IMG/VR virus record: IMGVR_UViG_3300037851_000662
Coordinates: 1 to 37,464 of that record
DNA from: a virus
Taxonomy: Duplodnaviria > Caudoviricetes
Strand: one strand, 5' to 3'
Length of the DNA stretch: 37,464 bases
Each line of letters opens with the position of its first letter. Position 1 is the first letter of the stretch. Shown one piece after another: positions 31,214 through 37,464 of this stretch. Position numbers and translations under genes: made by a program. Under the pieces are notes generated by a model that did not search any database, had not been told where the DNA came from, and saw nothing but the letters and a program-made list of their open reading frames with translations.

Positions 31214-33340
31214 CTATTTGTAGAACAGTTCCGCCGGATCCGGCTCGATGTCGCGCCGAAGCATGACACCGGCCGTCCGGCGCATTCCTGCCGCGACCAG
31301 TACATCGAACTCATCATCCCGTTGCGCGGGGTCGCTTTTCGGTCTCTGGATTGCTGCTGAAATTCTGTTTGTGCTGCCCGGCTCCTTGTCTTTTGCCGGC
31401 GCTGCGGAGCGCAGTGCAGCAAGCCGCTGCTCGCCGCCATCAACCCGCACAATCGTGGTGCCTTCGTTTTCGGCCGTGATGTTCGGGATAACCGCCTCCA
31501 GCGCATCCATCTTGCGGACGGCCTTGAGCTGATCCTTGGTTGCCCGTTTAAACTGGTTCTTGGCGCGGGCGTGTTCGCGCGCCGCCTCGGTGTCGCCAAA
31601 GCCGGTGGCCGCCACACATCCGGCGCGGCAGATGAAGCGGCCGTCGAGCGTATAAACATGCAGGCCGCTGTGCATCCGCTCCGGGTCAAACCTGACCGCC
31701 ACTTTGGTTCCGCTGTGCTCTGTGAGCGCTTCGGCGTAGTAGCGGTTCCCGTTGTAGGCGATGTGGCTTCCGTTTTTGTAAACGGTGGCCGTGTCGGCCT
31801 GCATCAGCAGATAAGCCAGCGTCTCTTCGCCTGGGCGGCGAATGTCGGCCCTGCGGGCTTCGTAGCTCGCTGCAAACACCTGATCAAACGACCGGCCGGA
31901 GCAAACCTTCGAACGGCGGCCTTCGCGGGCATTGTGCAGCTTAACCTGCTCTTCCAGTACTGCCATAAAAACCGCCAGCGGGACGGCCTTGCTGCCGTAG
32001 TTTTCCGGCTTGGCCATCGGATTGTTTCCGGTGTAGGCCCCGGCAAGCGCAGGGTGCTTTGCCACCCGCTCGCAGGCGAGATCGCGAAATGCCCGCTCGA
32101 TCGGCTTCGCCTGGCCGTGATAGGGTGTGCACCAGTGCGTCTGGACGCCCATCTGCGTGAGAATCCCCATCGGTTCATCCTCTTTAACCTTGAACCGGTA
32201 CCGGGTCGGAGCGCCCCCGGTCAGCCACTTGCTCGCAAAGCCGCGGCCGTTGTCTAAATAAGCATGGTCCGGGATGCCATATTCCCGGACCAGTTTCCCG
32301 AACGCCCAGCGGATCGTGTCGGTGTTTTCTGTCTTCGTGACTTCGTAGGAGAGAATCTTCCCGCTGTAAATGCACTGCCACGCGGCCATCATCGGCCGCC
32401 CGATCTCTCCATCGGGCCACTGCACAAACACGTCGAACTTGTGGCCGTCCGCGTTCACCGCCTCCAGCGCGCCGTACCAGCTCCGGTCTCGCTCCTGGTG
32501 CGGATACATCCGCTCCAGCGCCTCAACGCCCTCGCGGGCCAGTACACGCACCGTCGCAGGCAGCTCGTTGATCCGGCGCATGACGGTCTTTTCAGAGGGA
32601 AGGTCAAACCGCCGGGCGGCCCGATCGTACACAGCAGACAGCGCCGGGGCTTCCGGCCTCAAATAATCCGCCAGAATGTATTCCCAGGCATCCTCGGCAA
32701 TCTGGACGCTCTTCTGTTTGCCGGAATAATTGTCCGTCAAAATCATGTGCCACGCGTCGCGCGGCCACAGTGAAACCTTCCCAAACCAGTTCCAGAGCGA
32801 CGCTTCCGTAACCTTCTGCTGCTCCGCGACGGCCTTCACCGCATCGCTCTTCGTCAGCCCGTCCGCCTGCAGTTTTTCGACCGCAAACAATGCCTTCGAG
32901 CGCCGCTGCCCCTTTTTCTTCTGCCTGTCCGTCTTTTTCGACCAGGAGGCCTCCAGCTGCTCAACGTCCGTGTCGGTCCGACGCCGTCCGTGTTTGTCCG
33001 TTTCTCTCCGTTTTTCAAAAGGATTCCCCGTTTTGTCCTGACGGGCGGTTAGGGATCCGCTCGGTTCTTGTGTATGGCTGGCAGACGGCTCTTGTATACG
33101 GATTCCGTCCGCAGGCAGGGTTTGTTTCAAATTCCTCTTCGCCCATTCAATCTGTAGATCCTTCGGCAGGCTATCCACCAAAACAACGCGCCGCTTCCCG
33201 GTTTTTCCCTTATCCCAAAAAACATTCAGCTGCGTATTGTTCCACAGGTTTCCTTTGCTTGATTCCTTAAAAAGCCGACTTGCTGACGGTCGCGCAAGCC
33301 CCGTTAATTCTGCGAACTCGCTCGCTGTTAGTGCGTACAC
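31214..33340 (-). CDS. MuA-like DDE transposase
   Basis: DYLRPEAP, VNADGHKFDVFV.WPDG, YLDNGRGFASK, PYHGQAKPIERAF, AYTGNNPMAKPENY. Confidence 0.96.
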   Translation of the reverse strand: MYALTASEFAELTGLARPSASRLFKESSKGNLWNNTQLNVFWDKGKTGKRRVVLVDSLPKDLQIEWAKRNLKQTLPADGIRIQEPSASHTQEPSGSLTARQDKTGNPFEKRRETDKHGRRRTDTDVEQLEASWSKKTDRQKKKGQRRSKALFAVEKLQADGLTKSDAVKAVAEQQKVTEASLWNWFGKVSLWPRDAWHMILTDNYSGKQKSVQIAEDAWEYILADYLRPEAPALSAVYDRAARRFDLPSEKTVMRRINELPATVRVLAREGVEALERMYPHQERDRSWYGALEAVNADGHKFDVFVQWPDGEIGRPMMAAWQCIYSGKILSYEVTKTENTDTIRWAFGKLVREYGIPDHAYLDNGRGFASKWLTGGAPTRYRFKVKEDEPMGILTQMGVQTHWCTPYHGQAKPIERAFRDLACERVAKHPALAGAYTGNNPMAKPENYGSKAVPLAVFMAVLEEQVKLHNAREGRRSKVCSGRSFDQVFAASYEARRADIRRPGEETLAYLLMQADTATVYKNGSHIAYNGNRYYAEALTEHSGTKVAVRFDPERMHSGLHVYTLDGRFICRAGCVAATGFGDTEAAREHARAKNQFKRATKDQLKAVRKMDALEAVIPNITAENEGTTIVRVDGGEQRLAALRSAAPAKDKEPGSTNRISAAIQRPKSDPAQRDDEFDVLVAAGMRRTAGVMLRRDIEPDPAELFYK

Positions 33341-33349
33341 GTGATCTCC

Positions 33350-33562
33350 TTAAAAACAGTTAAGATCCAGGGCGCGATTGATTAACCACTTGGTTGGGTT
33401 GCGACCAGGTCGGTTAATGGCCATATTCGTAGAGTTGCGCGATCGACCGATGCTGAGTGCCAAATTACTGTCCGTCATCCGGAGAAGGATCAGCTTCTGC
33501 TTAACCATCACCCGGAACTCTTCTTGCGTGCATTTCATTTTCATGGCATCTTCCCGTTTCAT
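33350..33562 (-). CDS. Ner/Cro-like small HTH regulator
   Basis: LALSIGRSRNSTNMAINR; divergent from the repressor, upstream of MuA; start may be 33544. Confidence 0.7.
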   Translation of the reverse strand: MKREDAMKMKCTQEEFRVMVKQKLILLRMTDSNLALSIGRSRNSTNMAINRPGRNPTKWLINRALDLNCF

Positions 33563-33649
33563 TTATGGGACTATTGTTTCAACGCGACTGTTGTAATCCC
33601 ATAAACGGGAGGTATGCAAATGAAAAATGAAAAAATCCCGTTTTCGGGA
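33552..33649. promoter_or_regulatory. Candidate immunity operators TCCC-N6-GGGA
   Basis: TCCCATAAACGGGA (33597-33610), TCCCGTTTTCGGGA (33636-33649), half-sites at 33552 and 33564. Confidence 0.55.
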
Positions 33650-34213
33650 CGAATAGAGCGCCTGGTCAGTGTTTTTGGTAGAAAAAAAGACCTTGAAGAT
33701 CGGCTTAGAGACTTGGGCTTGTCGCGCTCAACGCTTAATCGACTTGAACAGGGGAAACAGGAAATAAAAGCCGATCACCTTGAAAAAATAGCCTTACTGG
33801 AAAAGGAGTGCGGCCTTTCTGCAACATCACTGGACACAACAATCGCGTCGTTATTAAACGCTCGGCTGTTAACTCTGGTCGCCAAGCACAAGACGTGGGA
33901 GGCGGCCTCTGATTTCATTGGAATGTCAGCCAGAGATTGTCAAAAGCTCTTAAAAAAGAAGACACTTCCCCCATCAAGCGTCGTTCAGAAAATCGCCAAC
34001 GAAACAGAAAGCCTTTGGTCGAATGAAGAGCAAATCGACCAAACTATGTGCCTGTTGAACGATATCGGCGAGCATATGGAAAAAACAGGCCGGCTGTTGG
34101 CTGACGTCAGGGTCGCCATTGCGATGATTCCGCGAGTTAAATACGATCCTCTAAAAATCCTGTTGGAAGAGCGCGAAAAAGAATTACCTGCGTCAGGTGA
34201 AGAGGAAAAATGA
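33614..34213 (+). CDS. Putative immunity repressor (XRE-type HTH, second HTH-like segment)
   Basis: LGLSRSTLNRLEQG; Mu c position and orientation; GGGAGG RBS. Confidence 0.72.
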   Translation: MQMKNEKIPFSGRIERLVSVFGRKKDLEDRLRDLGLSRSTLNRLEQGKQEIKADHLEKIALLEKECGLSATSLDTTIASLLNARLLTLVAKHKTWEAASDFIGMSARDCQKLLKKKTLPPSSVVQKIANETESLWSNEEQIDQTMCLLNDIGEHMEKTGRLLADVRVAIAMIPRVKYDPLKILLEEREKELPASGEEEK

Positions 34214-34686
34214 AAAAAAACACCCTCTGTAAACAGTGCAAGCGGCAGATACCTGTTTCTTCGTGGCGATGTCCGCACTGCGAAAAAAAACTGCCAACCA
34301 TCGGGAAAAAAGAGGCAATCATCCTTGCGTGTGTTTCGGTTTTTGTTTTTGCTGGAGTTGTCGTCGATATCCAAGAATCATCATCAGCAACCATTGAATA
34401 TAAATTGGCAACAATTAATGCCGAAAAAATCGTTGCAAAGGATGATCCTGCAGTAATCAGGTTTAGGTTTTTGCTGGACGCTCTCTCTAAGAAAACCGGA
34501 GACACCCCGGAAGAAATAGCCGATATGAGCGTTTCCACCCAGAAACGTTTGAGAGAGCAATACGGAAGAGACATCTCTGTGCTTGATCTTATGGAGAGTG
34601 CATGCACGGCGCTTTCCGGCCACGATGCTTCCGTAAGTTATGAGCAACTCATGACCTCATTGATGGTATTAATGTCCAGTGAATAG
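34210..34686 (+). CDS. Zinc-ribbon plus TM accessory protein co-transcribed with the repressor
   Basis: CKQC...CPHC, then a hydrophobic helix; ATGA overlap. Confidence 0.75.
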   Translation: MKKNTLCKQCKRQIPVSSWRCPHCEKKLPTIGKKEAIILACVSVFVFAGVVVDIQESSSATIEYKLATINAEKIVAKDDPAVIRFRFLLDALSKKTGDTPEEIADMSVSTQKRLREQYGRDISVLDLMESACTALSGHDASVSYEQLMTSLMVLMSSE

Positions 34687-34704
34687 CGGCAAAAACGAGG
34701 TTGG

Positions 34705-34821
34705 AGTGTTACACTGCATGCGTTTTTCAAAAAGCCATCATATTTCCACAACTCATTCAAAGTAAACGGTTAGCGCTTAAGTGTAACACGACTGTCTCAT
34801 GTTACACTTAAAGTTACACTT
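34705..34821. repeat. Four GTTACACT motifs near the prophage end
   Basis: 34708-34715, 34780-34787 (inverted), 34801-34808, 34813-34820. Confidence 0.65.
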
Positions 34822-34964
34822 GCCAGACTTGGACGCGCCGCAAAACGCCAGTGCAGTAAGCGCCAAAACGGCCATTTCAGGCCCGATTAAACAGGGTTTA
34901 AATGATGTTGGACGATCGGGTTGGCTCCAACGGCCTATGTGGGGGAAACCCGGCAAAAACCAGT

Positions 34965-35101
34965 GTCACTCTAAATTCTAAACAGAAAACTAATCATGCC
35001 CGCCGATGTTGAGAAAAAGCCCGAAAACAAAGGCCGATCCCGCCACTTCCCGGTTGGTTCCGCCACATCCCAGTCACTCAAATAACAACGGTCCGCTCAC
35101 A
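34965..35101. repeat. Prophage end (Mu attL equivalent): transposase-binding sites
   Basis: Reverse complement TGTGAGCGGACCGTTGTTATTTGAGTGA aligns to TGTAAAAAGACGGTTAAAATTTGAGTAA at 270; GTCACTCTAAATTC (34965-78) matches 307-320 at 13/14. Confidence 0.85.
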
Positions 35102-35106
35102 CCAGG
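35102..35106. repeat. Target-site duplication CCAGG (right copy)
   Basis: Directly after terminal CA. Confidence 0.92.
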
Positions 35107-35121
35107 GTTTGGAAAAACCGG

Positions 35122-36570
35122 TCAGGTGACGTTGCCCGCGAGAGGTTTTGATTTTCTGTAGAGGTTGAAATGCTCTTCCATATTGTGCGCGATATCTTTC
35201 TTGTGGCCCCTTTTCGCTAACGGAATCGCCTTCCGGACGGTATCCATCGCGGCTTTAAAGTCGCCGGTTTCCGCCTGTGCTGCGGCCAGAATCATTTGGG
35301 TTTCCGGATCGTCGGCCCCCAGATGAATGGCCCGGTAAATATATTCAAGAGCCTTGCGTCCGTTGCGCGCCTGCGTAATGCTGCTGGTCGCAAGGGTCCA
35401 TGCGCGCGATTTCAATACGTCCGGCGAGTTCATGTCGGCGCTGGCGTCGGCCGCCCCGTCGGCAACTTCAGAAACGGATTTGTCCACCTTGATGCCGGCG
35501 GCGTCGAATTTCTGCTGTAATGACTGTTTATCGACTGCTTTCACGTAGGCTTCGCGCGGTTCGATAATGCCGTCCTGTACCAGCTGGAACAGGGTGTCTG
35601 TAAACGAACGCATGCCCAGATTGTAGCCGGTCTGAATGGCTGTTGGAAGCTGGTGGGTTTTCTGTTCGCGGATGTTGGAGCGTACGGCGGGGGTCGCCAG
35701 CAGAATTTCCGCGGCGGCAACCCGTCCTCCGCCTATTTTCTTGCAGAGCGTTTGGGCGATGATGCCGCAGAGAGTGTTTGCCAGCAGGTTGCGGATCTGG
35801 TTCTGCCGGTCGCCGGGGTATTTGTCGATGATGCGGTCGGCGGCGGAGGTGGCGGTGTTGGTGTGAAGGGTGCCGAAGACCAGATGGCCTGTTTCGGCTG
35901 TTTCCAGTGCGATTTCGGTGGTTTCGAGGTCGCGCAGCTCCCCGACCAGTACGATGTCGGGGTCTTCACGCAGGGCGGCGCGAAGGGCGCCGGCGAAACT
36001 GCGGGTGTGGCGGTGGACTTCGCGCTGGTTGATCAGGCAGTTTTTGGGCTGGTGGATGAACTCAATCGGGTCTTCGATGGTGATGATGTGCTCTTTGCGG
36101 GTGCGGTTGATCAGGTCGATCATGGCCGCCAGCGTGGTGCTTTTTCCGCTGCCGGTCGGGCCGGTCACAAGAACCAGACCTTTGGAGAGCATGCACAGTT
36201 CCTGCAATACGGCGGAATGCCCCATCTGCAGGTCGTCGAGTGACGGCACCTGATCCGGAACATAACGGAAAACGCCGCCCATACCGTTCATATCGCGGAA
36301 GGCATTGACGCGGAACCGTCCGGCGCCCGGCAGGGTGTAGCCAAAGTCTGTGTCCCAGAGGGTTTCGAATTCCTGCTTGTTCGTTTCCGGCATAATGGAC
36401 TTCATCATGGCTTCCGCAGCCTCTGCCGTGGTCTTCGACAGTTTGGAGAGGGACTGCATTTCGCCGTGGACGCGGATACAGGGATGGTAGTTTGTTGAGA
36501 GGTGCAGGTCGCTGGCGCCTTGGTCCACGACCAGTTGCAACAGTTCGTCAAGCAGGTTCAGACGGCTCAC
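35122..36570 (-). CDS. pilT: Type IV pilus retraction ATPase with C-terminal TPR-like extension (host)
   Basis: ASDLHL, GRFRVNAF, GPTGSGKSTT, TIEDPIE, LREDPDIVLVGE, AETGHLVFGTLHT, AVRSNIRE. Confidence 0.92.
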   Translation of the reverse strand: MSRLNLLDELLQLVVDQGASDLHLSTNYHPCIRVHGEMQSLSKLSKTTAEAAEAMMKSIMPETNKQEFETLWDTDFGYTLPGAGRFRVNAFRDMNGMGGVFRYVPDQVPSLDDLQMGHSAVLQELCMLSKGLVLVTGPTGSGKSTTLAAMIDLINRTRKEHIITIEDPIEFIHQPKNCLINQREVHRHTRSFAGALRAALREDPDIVLVGELRDLETTEIALETAETGHLVFGTLHTNTATSAADRIIDKYPGDRQNQIRNLLANTLCGIIAQTLCKKIGGGRVAAAEILLATPAVRSNIREQKTHQLPTAIQTGYNLGMRSFTDTLFQLVQDGIIEPREAYVKAVDKQSLQQKFDAAGIKVDKSVSEVADGAADASADMNSPDVLKSRAWTLATSSITQARNGRKALEYIYRAIHLGADDPETQMILAAAQAETGDFKAAMDTVRKAIPLAKRGHKKDIAHNMEEHFNLYRKSKPLAGNVT

Positions 36571-36761
36571 AATCGGCTCCTTGTTGGAAGTAGGGTTCGT
36601 GTTACGACGGTAGACGATAGCAGGGGGCGTTGCTGAATAATACTCAAAACTTACAGTTTTAGCAGATGTAAAGCCTTGACGGAACGGGTTCTTTGCTGGT
36701 TAATGCTTGCTTTCCGCGTAATATGGAATTTTTGTGTCCTGCCTGCAGAACGGAGTGTACC

Positions 36762-37464
36762 ATGGTTAAGAAAAATGCTGTTTCGGCAAAGAAAACCGAG
36801 AAGAAAACAACGGCTTCGGCCGGAAAAAAAGCCGTTGTTAAAACGGTTCCTGCCAAAAAGGCCCCTGCGGAGACAAAGGGGAAGCCGGCTTCAGGAAAGG
36901 CCGTTGCGAAAAAATCTCCGGTTGAGGAAAAAGTAAAGAAAGCCCCGGCCCGGACTGCGGAAAAGAATGCGCCGGTCGAGCGGCTGCCGGAATTTTCCAT
37001 TCCGGGCGATGAGATGATGGAGAATCCGGATCTCGACTCCATGCAGGCTCCGTTGCCGGAGGAGGCTCCCGCCTCGTCGGTGATGCTCCGCGAAGAGCGT
37101 AACGAAAAGATTAAGGACCTGATCGCGCTGGCGCAGGAACACGGCTTCCTGACGCATGAGGATATCGAAGAGGCGCTTCCTGAAGATCTGGTTACCCCGG
37201 AAGATTCGGAAAAGGTCATTGCGCTGCTCCGGAGCATGGAGGTGGAAATCATCCGCGCCGACGACGTGGAGGATTACAAGGCCCGGATGGAAAAAGAGGA
37301 GCGCGACCGGCAGAGCGCCCGCAGCGACGTGCTCGACGACCCGGTCCGTATGTATCTCAAGCAGATGGGACAGGTTCCGCTGCTGACCCGCGAGCAGGAA
37401 GTGGAGATTTCCAAGCGGATCGAAGAGGCGGAGCAGAACACCACCAGTCTCTTCAACCGCATCG
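36762..37464 (+). CDS. rpoD: Primary sigma factor RpoD, N-terminal part (host; runs off window)
   Basis: K/A-rich leader, region 1.1 LIALAQEHGFLTHEDI, region 1.2 DDPVRMYLKQMGQVPLLTREQEVEISKRIE. Confidence 0.95.
   Translation, partial: MVKKNAVSAKKTEKKTTASAGKKAVVKTVPAKKAPAETKGKPASGKAVAKKSPVEEKVKKAPARTAEKNAPVERLPEFSIPGDEMMENPDLDSMQAPLPEEAPASSVMLREERNEKIKDLIALAQEHGFLTHEDIEEALPEDLVTPEDSEKVIALLRSMEVEIIRADDVEDYKARMEKEERDRQSARSDVLDDPVRMYLKQMGQVPLLTREQEVEISKRIEEAEQNTTSLFNRI

Larger units (their letters stand above)
270..35101 (-). mobile_element. Complete Mu-like transposable prophage (Mu-type head/transposition, P2-type contractile tail)
   Basis: TG...CA termini, 5-bp TSD, imperfect terminal inverted repeats, MuA/MuB/Gam/Mor, gp27-gp29, gpF, gpI, gpT, full tail set. 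Confidence 0.96.

Noticed and set aside
33069-33082. 14-nt match TGTGTATGGCTGGC between MuA and the methylase leader (1129-1142) as an antisense target
   Set aside because: About two 14-nt matches are expected by chance within 35 kb; not sufficient alone
36659-37462. Minus-strand ORFs 36659..37252 and 37274..37462
   Set aside because: Antisense to the clear rpoD frame starting at 36762

Overview
The window holds a complete, apparently intact Mu-like transposable prophage (270..35101, about 34.8 kb). It has TG...CA ends, a 5-bp CCAGG target duplication, and almost all genes on the minus strand. It sits between the convergent host genes pgk (3' end) and a TPR-extended pilT, with the start of rpoD beyond. 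The phage combines a Mu-type early module (c, ner, A, B, gam, gemA, mor) and Mu-type packaging/head genes with a P2-type contractile tail and a terminal D12-class adenine methylase. Main unusual points: (1) a MuF head protein with a C-terminal PBECR-like nuclease, no immunity ORF, and a convergent four-way-junction RNA with its own sigma70 promoter; (2) three late morphogenesis-region proteins, including the tail-fibre tip domain, with Sec-type signal peptides, in a phage with no recognisable endolysin; (3) about 25 seven-base-period arrays filling gene junctions, often supplying the stop codon, plus REP-like and 10-mer repeats inserted in frame into core proteins; (4) insertion into a host TTCCA-N5-TGGAA palindrome that the phage itself carries five times; (5) a second cloverleaf RNA upstream of the methylase and a clear four-copy late-activator box. 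A PVC-group host is a tentative inference only. All family calls are from motif recognition, not database searches.
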